Origin: an uncultured Rickettsiales bacterium
GTDB lineage: Bacteria > Pseudomonadota > Alphaproteobacteria > Rickettsiales > SXRF01
Length of the DNA stretch: 61,423 bases
Assembly: GCA_964624555.1 (NCBI GenBank)
Contig: CAZUXB010000001.1
Location: 1-61,423 of the forward strand
Direction: 5' to 3'
Shown in pieces: positions 1-9,833 of the stretch. Both the position numbers and the translations under genes were made by a program. The notes beneath the pieces were generated by a model that was not told the DNA's origin, ran no database searches, and saw nothing but the letters and a program-made list of their open reading frames with translations. How positions within the stretch are numbered: position 1 is the stretch's first letter; each line of letters opens with the position of its first letter.

Positions 1-53
1 TGACGCTGTCCTCGCCTGCCTCAAAGGTGATTGAGGTAGGTCTAAAACTATAC

Positions 54-1082
54 TTATTCTGCGTCGCTCTGCGTTGCGAAATTCTTTTTTGCATTAATAA
101 CGGCTGGTGCCATTATTATTATAAAAACTGTCGGCAATATGAATAATATCATAGGTAAGGTCATAAGTGCTGGCAGGCGGGCGGCTTTATTTTCCGCACG
201 CATCATCCGCGCCTGGCGGAATTCGGTGGAAAGTACACGCAACGCCTGAGCTATGGGGGTACCGTATTTATCAGTCTGAATTAATACCGTAACGATACCA
301 CGGATTTCCTTAAGGGCACAACGCTCGGCCAGATTTAATAGTGCCTTGTTGCGATCAGGATAAAAACTTATCTCTATTGAAGTTAAGGTTAATTCTTCTG
401 CCATTTCGGGATAGGCAGCGCCAAGTTCACGTGATACCCGGTCCATAGAAGCTGGGACGCTTAAACCCGCCTCAGCACACACAGTCATAAGGTCAAGAGT
501 ATCAGATAACCCTCTCTGTAATGCTAAATAACGTTTATTACGGGCACGTTTCAGGAACATCCACGGCAACTTAAGCCCCATATATAGACCAAGTACCGGC
601 CATAAATAGCTGATAAGTTTAGAATTCAAAGTTGTAGTTGTGGACATTTTCATGGCCACAAGGCCAATAGCACCTAATATTACCGGCAACACCATGGTAA
701 CAAATGCAAAAATAGAAACTGCATCTTTCGAACGGAAACCAGCCTGTATCAACATGGCTTCACTCTGTTCCAGTTCCAGCTTTTTAACCAGCTCAAACCT
801 TTGCGAAACAGTGCGCATGAAATTTATACTGCCTTCCGGTTTCTTACGCTTTTTGGTGGCAAGCAGTCCGCTGTAAAGTTCCTTACGCCGCTCATGGATA
901 GCCTTGATACGGGTGGACATTTTGTTGCTCTTCTTGCCCATCATATTCCTGATAACAATGGCACAGACCACCACAAGTACGATACTAAGTCCTATATAAA
1001 AGCTATTAACACTAATACCTTTTGGCAAGTTATGCTGCAGGAATGCGGTGATAAAATCGGTTTTTCTGTTGTCGATTGCCAT
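54..1082 (-). CDS. tadC: Tad/Flp pilus assembly inner-membrane protein TadC (T2SS-F family)
   Basis: 342-aa polytopic membrane ORF with a GspF-like domain. Last gene of the cpaB-C-D-E-F-tadB-tadC run on the minus strand. Confidence 0.8.
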   Translation of the reverse strand: MAIDNRKTDFITAFLQHNLPKGISVNSFYIGLSIVLVVVCAIVIRNMMGKKSNKMSTRIKAIHERRKELYSGLLATKKRKKPEGSINFMRTVSQRFELVKKLELEQSEAMLIQAGFRSKDAVSIFAFVTMVLPVILGAIGLVAMKMSTTTTLNSKLISYLWPVLGLYMGLKLPWMFLKRARNKRYLALQRGLSDTLDLMTVCAEAGLSVPASMDRVSRELGAAYPEMAEELTLTSIEISFYPDRNKALLNLAERCALKEIRGIVTVLIQTDKYGTPIAQALRVLSTEFRQARMMRAENKAARLPALMTLPMILFILPTVFIIIMAPAVINAKKNFATQSDAE

Positions 1083-1084
1083 AA

Positions 1085-2053
1085 TTATATTTCAAACCTC
1101 GCCATACGGTTCATCGACCAAAGCCCAAAACCGAGCATCCCAAATGCCACCGCAAGCGCCTGATTTCCTCCAGGCTCATCAATTAACGGTGCAAGGTATT
1201 TTGGGCTTAGAAACGCAACTGCCCCCGCCACAATAAACGGCAGGGAACCAATAATTACTGCCGAAGCGCGGGCTTCAGAAGTTATTGCATGTATCTTCAT
1301 TTTCATCAGGAAGCGCGAGCGCAGCACCTCACCAAGGTTATTCAATATTTCTCCTAAGTTACCACCGGTCTCGCGCTGTAGAATGATACTGGTGGTAAAG
1401 AAGTGGAACTCACGCAGCTCCAGTTTTTTTGCAGTTTCCAGCAAGGCTTTTTCCAGCGGTACGCCCAGCTTCATGGTATTGGCGATATTAGTGAATATGC
1501 TCTTAATAGGTTCAGGCAGTTCGGTTGATACCTGCACCACCGACTCCGCAACCGGAAGCCCCGAACGCAGACCACGCACAATCAGATCAATAGCTTCGGG
1601 GAAAGAACGAAGGAATGCCTGGGCCTGCTTATTGATTTTGCGTTTCAGCAATTTAAATGGAAGCCAGACACCAAGCACAAGGGCAACAGGGACGGATACC
1701 ATAAATGGCTTGCCCATAATAACTGTAATGACCAGAATAATCCCTATAATGGTTACCAAACGCCGTAGGATAAATTGTTTTGGGGTCATCTTCACACCGG
1801 CATTTTCCAGCAGATTAGCTATACGCTTGGAATCAGGGAATGGCTTTAACAGCCAGTAGGAGATACCATGCACTTCGGTTTTTTTACGGCGCAGCGACAT
1901 CTCCTGGGCAGTTTTAGGCTGGGCAGAAGCATTCTTCCGGCTCTTAATGCGGTCAATGCGACGCTTCATATCGCGGGCATCAGTGATCCTTTTTGCTGAG
2001 GCCAGCCCAACCAGCAGGACGATACCGATAAAAATAATTATCTTTGTCATCAT
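1085..2053 (-). CDS. tadB: Tad/Flp pilus assembly inner-membrane protein TadB (T2SS-F family)
   Basis: 322-aa membrane ORF, paralogous in architecture to the downstream TadC. Lies directly after the CpaF ATPase gene. Confidence 0.8.
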   Translation of the reverse strand: MMTKIIIFIGIVLLVGLASAKRITDARDMKRRIDRIKSRKNASAQPKTAQEMSLRRKKTEVHGISYWLLKPFPDSKRIANLLENAGVKMTPKQFILRRLVTIIGIILVITVIMGKPFMVSVPVALVLGVWLPFKLLKRKINKQAQAFLRSFPEAIDLIVRGLRSGLPVAESVVQVSTELPEPIKSIFTNIANTMKLGVPLEKALLETAKKLELREFHFFTTSIILQRETGGNLGEILNNLGEVLRSRFLMKMKIHAITSEARASAVIIGSLPFIVAGAVAFLSPKYLAPLIDEPGGNQALAVAFGMLGFGLWSMNRMARFEI

Positions 2054-2066
2054 GGCGCTATTCCTA

Positions 2067-3575
2067 CTAATCCGGTTCTGCGGTCATGGCTTCGATAAGC
2101 TGCTTTTCCAGCCCGAAATATGCCGCCTGATGTGAGAAGTTAGGACGTATACCGGTAGAGCGAAATTCGCCAATCAGCTTGCCATCTTCGCCCTCACCCT
2201 TGAATTCAAAAGTATAGAGATCCTGGGTTACGATAACATCGCCCTCCATGCCGATAATCTCAGTAACATGGGTTACGCGGCGGCCACCATCACGCATACG
2301 GCTGATCTGCACGATAAGGTTCACGGCACCAGCTATCTGGGTGCGCACAGCGCGGCTGGGCAGGTTTACGCCAGCCATACCTATAAGGTTTTCCATACGG
2401 GTTAGCGCTTCGCGCGGGGTATTGGCGTGGAGCGTTCCCATCGAACCATCGTGGCCGGTGTTCATAGCTTGCAACAGGTCGAAGGCTTCACCGCCACGCA
2501 CCTCACCAAGGATGATACGGTCAGGGCGCATACGCAGGGCGTTCTTCACCAGGTCGCGCATGGTTATTTCACCATCGCCTTCTAAGTTGGCGATACGGGT
2601 TTCCAGCGGCACTACGTGCGGCTGTTGCAATTGTAATTCCGCAGCGTCCTCGATGGTAACGATGCGTTCACCATTATTGATCATTCGCGAAAGAGCATTA
2701 AGCATGGTGGTCTTACCAGAACCGGTACCGCCGGAGATGATGATGTTAAGACGTATCGCGCCGCAAATCTTTAAGAGTTTGCACAGGTTCGGCGATATAC
2801 TCTTAGTATCTATCATCTTGTCGAGCGTGATCTTTTTCTGAGAGAATTTACGGATGGAGATGGATGTTCCGCGGATGGCCAGCGGCATGGCGATGATGTT
2901 CACGCGGCTGCCATCAGGCAAGCGGGCATCGCATATCGGGCTGGATTCGTCAACACGGCGCCCTACCCCAGTCACAATACGGGTGGCTATGGACATAACA
3001 TGCGCGTTATCGCGGAACTTAACATCAGTAAGTTCAAGTTTACCTTTACGTTCCACATATATCTGGTAAGGGCCGTTGACCATGATATCGGTGACGAGAT
3101 CGTCACGCAGCAGCGGCTCCAAAGGCCCGAAGCCAAGCATGTCATCCACTATCTGGTTGGCAAGAAGTTGCTGCTCGGCATAGTTGAGCGGGAGTTTTTG
3201 CTCCATCACTATCTCACCGATAAGTTCGATAATCTGGCGCTTCAGCTCATCGCGCGGCAGACGCGAAGAGGTAGTTATATCTATCTGTTCAAGAAGCAGG
3301 TTATAAATCTTGTCTTTGGTGGCGGCCAGTTCATCTTCCACTTTGCTGGGCGGGGCCGGTGCAGCAAGGCTGGAATCGCTGGTACCGGCAAGGAGATCTT
3401 CCTTCTGTTTTTTTTCTTCTGGTGGTGGAGATGGCGGCTGGGCAGGTGCCAGTGCGGCTTCAGTTGGTTTTTCAACAGGAGGATTTTCAGGCATATTTTC
3501 ACCGTTACCACCTCCACCTACAACTGGCGGGGGCGGAACGGATACAGGTTCATTTGTACCACGCCTGCCGAACAT
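2067..3575 (-). CDS. cpaF: CpaF/TadA secretion ATPase
   Basis: 502 aa. Walker [21 protein letters not shown] and GEVRGGEA boxes typical of VirB11/CpaF ATPases. Pro/Gly-rich low-complexity N-terminus of about 90 aa. Confidence 0.92.
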   Translation of the reverse strand: MFGRRGTNEPVSVPPPPVVGGGGNGENMPENPPVEKPTEAALAPAQPPSPPPEEKKQKEDLLAGTSDSSLAAPAPPSKVEDELAATKDKIYNLLLEQIDITTSSRLPRDELKRQIIELIGEIVMEQKLPLNYAEQQLLANQIVDDMLGFGPLEPLLRDDLVTDIMVNGPYQIYVERKGKLELTDVKFRDNAHVMSIATRIVTGVGRRVDESSPICDARLPDGSRVNIIAMPLAIRGTSISIRKFSQKKITLDKMIDTKSISPNLCKLLKICGAIRLNIIISGGTGSGKTTMLNALSRMINNGERIVTIEDAAELQLQQPHVVPLETRIANLEGDGEITMRDLVKNALRMRPDRIILGEVRGGEAFDLLQAMNTGHDGSMGTLHANTPREALTRMENLIGMAGVNLPSRAVRTQIAGAVNLIVQISRMRDGGRRVTHVTEIIGMEGDVIVTQDLYTFEFKGEGEDGKLIGEFRSTGIRPNFSHQAAYFGLEKQLIEAMTAEPD

Positions 3576-3712
3576 TTTAAACTTTCCTTAACTGTTTATA
3601 CGCAAACGGACTTCTCCATCTTCTGTATAATAAACCAGAGGTGTTAAAATAGTGATAATATCCGCGTGTCAAAAACACACGATTTAAAGGGAGTTTAAGA
3701 GGTAAAAATATT

Positions 3713-4921
3713 CTATTTTTTCTTCTTCATGAACCCAAGAAGACCCTTATCTTTTGATTCCACCTCGAAAGAAAGACTAGGAATCAACTGTTTGGCCAAG
3801 GAATAAAGCGGTTGCATTGCCGCATGTTTTGCATTGGTAATAGAAGGGATATCATTGCCAATTACCATAAACACATCCGGCGTATAGACGATTTTTTCTA
3901 CTACCTTTGCCGTAATCCCTTTTTCAAAATCACCTACGCTCATTTCATTCTTAGGTGCTACCCCCGCCCTGTTCGCCACCACAAGAGGGGGTGACATTTT
4001 GAAGGTATCAACCAACAGGTCACTAATGCGCAACGTATCCCTGAGCGATTGCAGGGAAAGCTCGGCAACAAGTAGTATATTGTGGCATTTTTTCAGGCAT
4101 TCCCTGCCAAATTGGTCAAGATTACGGGGGATATCAAGCACCACAATATCGTATTTATTAGACAACTCACGGAGCAAAGCTTCTGCAGTAAGTTCATTAA
4201 CATGGATTTTTTCTTTAAGTTGTTCTTCTGCGCTTAGCACCCACAGATTCTCATGCGCTTTGTTCATTACCCGGTCAATAAAAAGCTGGTCGATCCTGTC
4301 CGGCTTCTCCAACGCATCACGCAACCCACGGGCTGGCTCTATATCAAGGTTAAGTGACAAAGTTCCTGCTTGGGGATCAATATCTACCAGGGCAATTTTT
4401 TTCCCGGCATGCTCCGCAAAAATCCCAGCCAGATTAAGGGCGATAGTCGACACCCCAACCCCACCACGGGCACCAACCACCCCTATTATTTTGGTAGGCT
4501 CTTTTACTTCTGCAGCGGCTGGCAAAGGCACATCAATCGACTTCAAATAGGCTTTTTCAAGCATATCTTTAGTCAGGGGACGGAGCAGGTAACTGAATAC
4601 GCCAATGTCAGTCAACCAGCAATAGAAGCTATACTCGTTTATTGTGCCGATAATAATGACCTTGGTATCAGGGTCGCAAACATTTGCCAGTGCATCAAGC
4701 AAAGAAGGAGCGGACTCGGCTGAAGGAACCTCTACCAGCAATAATACTGGTGAAGGATGGTTTTTAAAATAGTCGGTAGCGGTGCTGATATCACCCTGCA
4801 TAACACAGGATTCATCCCACTCATGCGCCCTGGCAAATCCTTTCAGGACCTCACGGTCAGCATTATCCTGGCAGAAAGAAAAGAATTTTGGTTTTTTTGC
4901 GGTATCAGCTGGTTGTGCCAT
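3713..4921 (-). CDS. cpaE: CpaE/TadZ ParA/MinD-like pilus localisation ATPase
   Basis: 402 aa. N-terminal receiver-like domain plus deviant Walker A GARGGVGVSTIALNLA. Position between cpaD and cpaF. Confidence 0.85.
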   Translation of the reverse strand: MAQPADTAKKPKFFSFCQDNADREVLKGFARAHEWDESCVMQGDISTATDYFKNHPSPVLLLVEVPSAESAPSLLDALANVCDPDTKVIIIGTINEYSFYCWLTDIGVFSYLLRPLTKDMLEKAYLKSIDVPLPAAAEVKEPTKIIGVVGARGGVGVSTIALNLAGIFAEHAGKKIALVDIDPQAGTLSLNLDIEPARGLRDALEKPDRIDQLFIDRVMNKAHENLWVLSAEEQLKEKIHVNELTAEALLRELSNKYDIVVLDIPRNLDQFGRECLKKCHNILLVAELSLQSLRDTLRISDLLVDTFKMSPPLVVANRAGVAPKNEMSVGDFEKGITAKVVEKIVYTPDVFMVIGNDIPSITNAKHAAMQPLYSLAKQLIPSLSFEVESKDKGLLGFMKKKK

Positions 4922-4941
4922 AATTTAAACATATCCTACTG

Positions 4942-5628
4942 TTATTGACCAGTGCTGGATGATGAGGAAGAAGATGATGCAGAGGAAGAGGACGACGAAG
5001 GCGTTGTCCCAGCTATAAAATCGGAAATAACTTTACCACTACGTTCAGTATTGCTCTGCCTTGAATCCCGCCCACGCACCAGATCCCTAGGGTCATCTAT
5101 CATCAGACCAAGATTAACTGCCGCCGAACAACCAAAATTGGCCGGCACCATATTACTGTAAGTGGTAACTGGTGATTTTTTCCAGTCTGGGCAGTCAGGG
5201 AAAACAACATCGACATAAGAAATATCAATTATAATCCTGCCACCTTCCAGATTCCTGTCAGACACCAATGAAACTGGCATATCCAGACCAGACTTGCGTA
5301 ACAACCCTTTTATAGAGGCTATACGCCGGACGTTGTATTTTATATCACTGGGAAAGTGTATAGAAATCCCATCCACCGCACGTTTATTGATGTTACTCAG
5401 GCTGTCTGAGAGCGAAGCACGGGCAGCATCGGATAAAACCTGCGACATACCGTCAAATTCTGCGCTAAGCAAAGCATGCCTGTTTTCCACTTTGGTCTCG
5501 ATAGGATTAGCAGCATAATATTCTTGCGGGTTATTTCCCTGTAAATCTAATTCCTGACAGGCAGAAAGAAGCGGTAAAACCGCAAATCCGATTAGCAAAA
5601 CCCTAGCATTAATTTTAGCAACCCGCAT
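4942..5628 (-). CDS. cpaD: CpaD pilus assembly lipoprotein
   Basis: 228 aa. Lipobox LLSAC. CpaD-like motif NFGCSAAVNLGLMIDDPRDLVRGR. Ser-rich C-terminal tail. Confidence 0.75.
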   Translation of the reverse strand: MRVAKINARVLLIGFAVLPLLSACQELDLQGNNPQEYYAANPIETKVENRHALLSAEFDGMSQVLSDAARASLSDSLSNINKRAVDGISIHFPSDIKYNVRRIASIKGLLRKSGLDMPVSLVSDRNLEGGRIIIDISYVDVVFPDCPDWKKSPVTTYSNMVPANFGCSAAVNLGLMIDDPRDLVRGRDSRQSNTERSGKVISDFIAGTTPSSSSSSASSSSSSSSTGQ

Positions 5629-5631
5629 ATA

Positions 5632-7146
5632 TCACTCCAGAATAAAACCGCTTTCACCGTTTAGCTTTGGTTCACCGCTACCAGCGCTTGGGGCCAGTTC
5701 CTCCAAGTTTTTTTCTTCTTTTTTATCATCTGTTTTCTCAAATATTTTATCATCCGCTTTATTATCGGCTTTATCAATCGACAGATTTTCCTTAGCTGGC
5801 ATATCCTGCTGCTGATATAAACTACCAGTCATCAAACGCTGCAAATCTGTGGCCGGTTTAAACCCATCTACAGGGGTTTGGATTTTGTGCGCATCCGAAA
5901 CCGGATGTACCACATACGGCGTAACCAGAATAACCAACTCTGTCTGGTTATTTTGGAATTTCTGGGAACGGAACAGGGCACCAAGAACCGGAAGATCGCC
6001 AACCCCTGGGAGTTTGCTGATATTATTGCTGGTATCATTACGCAAAAGCCCGGCCAATACAAAGGTCTGCCCGCTGCCCAACTCTACCGTTGCCTGCGCT
6101 TTGCGTGTATCCAGAATCGGATAGGTAAAACCGGAAATCTGGATCGGGTTGGAAAAATTCAGCGTGCTAACTTCCGGGTTTACCAATATGCTCATACGCT
6201 CATTAGACATAACAATCGGAGTAAAATTAAGGCTGACACCAAATGGCTCATACTGTACCGTGACCGTACCGTTCTGACCAGCAACAGGAATAGGATACTG
6301 GCCACCGGCAAGGAAACTGGCAGCTTTACCAGTCGAAGTAGTAAGGCTGGGCTCAGCAAGGACTGTAGCTAAACCTTGTGTTTCCAGGGCATCTATCAAA
6401 GAGGTGATACTATTTTTTCCACTGGTTATCTTGGTCATGATATTCGCATCAGCACTTACCGCACGGCTTACAAGTGCTGTAGGGTCAAGAGTACCGCTTA
6501 ACACCTGCGAAACTATCCCGCCCCCACTTACCGAAGATTGCAGGTTTATACCGAGGGTTTTTAGATCCGTGCGCGCCATTTCCACGATTTTCACCTGTAG
6601 CATCACCTGATCGCCGCCACCGGTGGTCAGCATATTCACCACCTTATCTTTATCCCCAACATAGGCCGCAACAACATTGCGTATATTCTCCGATTCCTGA
6701 ACTGAAGGTGCAGAACCATCCATAACCAGGCCGCCGTCAACTGACTTAAAATTGACCTTGGCATTAGGTGCCACGCGCCTAACTGTGCGCTCAAGGCTGC
6801 TTATATTATGGGTTACAGTGACAACAGACTGGAAAACCGGTTCATCTTTCTCATCAACCGCCGAGATAGAGGTCTCACCAATCTTCTTTCCATAAACAAA
6901 AATGGTCCGTGGAGAAACAACCTGTATATCTGCCGTGGTAGGATCAGCAACAACCACAGAGGCCGCAGCAGATGGGAATTTTACCATTTGCCCTTTGTTA
7001 ATTTCAACTGTGATAACAGAATCTCTAACCGCAAAATCTTTAAGCACAGAATCATTGGCAGGAAAATTCTCAGCCTCTGCGATAACAGGCATGGAAAAAT
7101 TTAAGCCTGCAACGATAAAACCAATCAAAAATATAATTTTTTTCAT
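5632..7146 (-). CDS. cpaC: CpaC/RcpA outer-membrane secretin
   Basis: 504 aa with a signal peptide. Secretin C-domain motif LPGVGDLPVLGALFRS...TELVILVTPYVV. Confidence 0.9.
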   Translation of the reverse strand: MKKIIFLIGFIVAGLNFSMPVIAEAENFPANDSVLKDFAVRDSVITVEINKGQMVKFPSAAASVVVADPTTADIQVVSPRTIFVYGKKIGETSISAVDEKDEPVFQSVVTVTHNISSLERTVRRVAPNAKVNFKSVDGGLVMDGSAPSVQESENIRNVVAAYVGDKDKVVNMLTTGGGDQVMLQVKIVEMARTDLKTLGINLQSSVSGGGIVSQVLSGTLDPTALVSRAVSADANIMTKITSGKNSITSLIDALETQGLATVLAEPSLTTSTGKAASFLAGGQYPIPVAGQNGTVTVQYEPFGVSLNFTPIVMSNERMSILVNPEVSTLNFSNPIQISGFTYPILDTRKAQATVELGSGQTFVLAGLLRNDTSNNISKLPGVGDLPVLGALFRSQKFQNNQTELVILVTPYVVHPVSDAHKIQTPVDGFKPATDLQRLMTGSLYQQQDMPAKENLSIDKADNKADDKIFEKTDDKKEEKNLEELAPSAGSGEPKLNGESGFILE

Positions 7147-8072
7147 TGTTTTTCCTGATAGAATTCTAGCATTTCGGTTTTATCGGCACGTATGACCTTT
7201 ACCCTGGCCATTGAACTTTCCTTTTGTTCAATCAGGCTACTGACATCGCCATCGATAGTATAGCCCTGAGCATCGGAAGGTACAGTATTTTCAGCATCCA
7301 TACCCTTATCGTCTTTAGCAACAACTGTAGGAACCCCATTACCAACAAGTGATACAGAAATTTTACCAAGTTCTGAGGCAACTGAAATTTTCTCTGCCTG
7401 GCTGGGGGTAACTTCAACAGTTATTGTTTTAGCAAGTATGGCCTTGTTGTCCGGGTTATCAAGCGACTGGTCCACCGCCAGCACCCGCACATTACTGGCA
7501 AATGTCTCCGTAGCTATAGAATCAGCCACACCGGAATCAGGATTTTTGGCATTTTTCACCCGGTAGGTAATAAGCAAATCCACCCGGTCGCCCGGCGAAA
7601 CGAAACCAGCGTTACCGGAAATAGGGTTAACGGAAATGGAAACCGCGCGCTTACCAGGCTCCAGCACGGCAGACATAAAACCGCCTTCGCCAGATTTCAT
7701 CAGCATTAAAGGAGTGATTGGCTCACCGGCGCGGATTGAGCGGCGAACCACAGCCCCGGCAAAATCCTCAATCCTGACGGAACCTTCATACTGGTAGTTA
7801 CCATTAGCAACAGGCGCTGTTGCACCAGCATCAGGGTTTTCAGTTTTTGCTTCAGTTGCATTTTCCTGTTTTGGTTCTGGCGCCCAATCAAGATCCTGCT
7901 GCACATCAATAAACGCACCGCTAACCAAATTACGTTTTGCCACCAATATGTGTTTTTCAGCTATTTCTACTTTTGGTGCCTCCGGCTCATGCGTAAAATA
8001 CTCACGCAACGACATAATGGTAAAACCAACTACAACCAATACAATCAGTAAAACAATTGCGCGACTAGACAT
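7143..8072 (-). CDS. cpaB: CpaB/RcpC Flp pilus assembly protein
   Basis: 309 aa. N-terminal TM anchor and SAF-like domain. First gene of the tad run, overlapping cpaC by 4 nt. Confidence 0.8.
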   Translation of the reverse strand: MSSRAIVLLIVLVVVGFTIMSLREYFTHEPEAPKVEIAEKHILVAKRNLVSGAFIDVQQDLDWAPEPKQENATEAKTENPDAGATAPVANGNYQYEGSVRIEDFAGAVVRRSIRAGEPITPLMLMKSGEGGFMSAVLEPGKRAVSISVNPISGNAGFVSPGDRVDLLITYRVKNAKNPDSGVADSIATETFASNVRVLAVDQSLDNPDNKAILAKTITVEVTPSQAEKISVASELGKISVSLVGNGVPTVVAKDDKGMDAENTVPSDAQGYTIDGDVSSLIEQKESSMARVKVIRADKTEMLEFYQEKQ

Positions 8073-8218
8073 TCACAACCACCTAATTTTCGGTTTAAGA
8101 CCGGTTCATATTACTTGCAATAAGCACACTCAACAACCGCAGATTCTATTCAAAAACAACTTAATAAAGTATTAAACTATGTTGTAAAAAAGCACCAGAT
8201 ACCAAATAAGCGACCAGC

Positions 8219-9238
8219 TCACCTTAATTGCGTAACCCTTAACAATTCCCTGCTACTGGCCGGTACCGCCGGAAGGTCAGAAGTTTTACATTCCAACTCG
8301 GCAGTTATCAGGAGTTTCAGGGCTTTTATTATACTTTCTATATTCCAGCTGCCAGCGTGCCTTATAAGTATCGGCTGCTGTTTAAAAAACACTGGAGGAC
8401 GCAAACCTGATACAACCATCTCGGCACTCTGCCCACTTTCCTGCATCTGTGAACGAATAGCATACAGGCGGTTAAAATAGCGCTGTAATGAACGCAAATA
8501 CATAATCGGCTGTGTCCCTTCGCGTAAATGCTGTGTGATGCTCTCCTCTAAGACAGCAATGTTGCGGTCAGCCACAGCATTTACTATATCATCAAGATTT
8601 GCATCTTGGTTGTAACCTACCAGAGCTTGCGCATCCTGCAAACTTATTTTTTTGCTGTCGACAGAATAGAGAAGTATTTTTTCCAATTCCTGGTAAGTGA
8701 CATAACGATCATTACCCAACTGCCCACTCAGGTAATCGACAACTTCACGGTCATATGCTATTCCCGCCGCATCAAATTTCTGGCGGATTATGGCCTGTAT
8801 ATCACGCATCTCATCACGGTAACAGGCGAGCGCGGCACAATCCGTTTTTTTTTCAAAAAACGCCCGCAGCGATGAGCGGCTGGAAAGCTCATCAGCAACC
8901 ACCAGCAGGAAATTATCCTTATGAAAACAACTGGCAGCGGATTCAATTATTTTAGTTAGCTTATCACCGGCATCACGAATAATGATAATTCGCTTCGGGC
9001 ACATCATGCTCACCGCCGATAATTCATCGGCAAGGCACGGCGGATCAGCCAGTATATCGGCCTCCGACAACTCCATTTTGGCAAAAGAATCTCCGGCATC
9101 CTTACCTAAAACAGCTTTTATTATTTTTTCGCAGCGTTCACGCACCAGTCCATTATCTACACCATATACAAGCACAGCGTGGTGCTCACGCTGCGGCGCT
9201 GCAAGGAATGACTCAACAGACTTTGGGGCAAGTTTCAT
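8219..9238 (-). CDS. holA: DNA polymerase III delta subunit
   Basis: 339 aa. Sits in the conserved leuS-lptE-holA order. N-terminal clamp-loader delta-like region (VLVYGVDNGLVRE). Confidence 0.75.
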   Translation of the reverse strand: MKLAPKSVESFLAAPQREHHAVLVYGVDNGLVRERCEKIIKAVLGKDAGDSFAKMELSEADILADPPCLADELSAVSMMCPKRIIIIRDAGDKLTKIIESAASCFHKDNFLLVVADELSSRSSLRAFFEKKTDCAALACYRDEMRDIQAIIRQKFDAAGIAYDREVVDYLSGQLGNDRYVTYQELEKILLYSVDSKKISLQDAQALVGYNQDANLDDIVNAVADRNIAVLEESITQHLREGTQPIMYLRSLQRYFNRLYAIRSQMQESGQSAEMVVSGLRPPVFFKQQPILIRHAGSWNIESIIKALKLLITAELECKTSDLPAVPASSRELLRVTQLR

Positions 9239-9833
9239 CTACTACCGGCGGAGTGGATAATGATGGGGTTGGAGGATATAGTTTTTCAGAGAAAGCTAGC
9301 AAACGCTGGCGATAAATTTCTACAATTTCATTGATACCGTGGCTACGTGCATCCTGTTCAGAAACATATGTAGAAAAATATTTGTTATTTGGATTGTTAT
9401 AGCTGGTCACATTACTGATAGCTCCTCTATCTACTACCTTATTATCCGATAAACGGATAAGCCTGTAATTTGAAGCTATTGACAGGTTATAACGTGTCGC
9501 TGTTCCGTCACGCGCAACCCCTACCCCGCTTATTGACTGGGCCAATTGCACTTCCAGTTTATAGGTCGGGGCATCAGATGCTCCCACAACGTCTTCCAGC
9601 TTATTTGTAAACTGCCTGACCAGAAACTTACCTGCACTATCATCTATCGTGATATTATTCTCTGATGATGCCCTGCCAGCAGCATTGGCCGCAATTTGTA
9701 TTCCCGCCCGCAAAACAGACTGCCCGGCAGTGGTTGATTCCTTGCTATACACCGCATGAAAACCGCAGGAGCTAAGGAGCAGGCAGACAACAGGCAATAG
9801 GCAACAGACCTTATATTTATGCAATAACAACAT
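9213..9833 (-). CDS. lptE: LPS-assembly lipoprotein LptE
   Basis: 206 aa. Lipobox LLSSCGF. Lies between leuS and holA with overlaps on both sides, which is the conserved synteny. Confidence 0.7.
   Translation of the reverse strand: MLLLHKYKVCCLLPVVCLLLSSCGFHAVYSKESTTAGQSVLRAGIQIAANAAGRASSENNITIDDSAGKFLVRQFTNKLEDVVGASDAPTYKLEVQLAQSISGVGVARDGTATRYNLSIASNYRLIRLSDNKVVDRGAISNVTSYNNPNNKYFSTYVSEQDARSHGINEIVEIYRQRLLAFSEKLYPPTPSLSTPPVVDETCPKVC

Noticed and set aside
1-53. Possible 3' end of a plus-strand gene (..DAVLACLKGD*) or the start of a further tad gene downstream of tadC.
   Set aside because: Only about 10 codons are visible, which is too short to support any call.
3000-3647. Long antisense or shadow ORFs opposite well-supported genes: 3000-3647, 19846-20490, 34932-35612, 42314-42940, 45253-45858, 50303-50758, 56573-57178, 59503-60165, and many shorter ones in the track.
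   Set aside because: In every case the opposite strand encodes a protein with strong conserved motifs. The shadow ORFs are Arg/Ser/Cys-rich or low-complexity and lack any family signature.
4951-5000. GAW/GAG-rich tract encoding the CpaD poly-Ser tail as a phase-variable repeat.
   Set aside because: The trinucleotide pattern is imperfect (mixed GAT/GAG/GAA/GAC on the plus strand), so it is in-frame low-complexity coding sequence rather than a homogeneous slippage-prone repeat.
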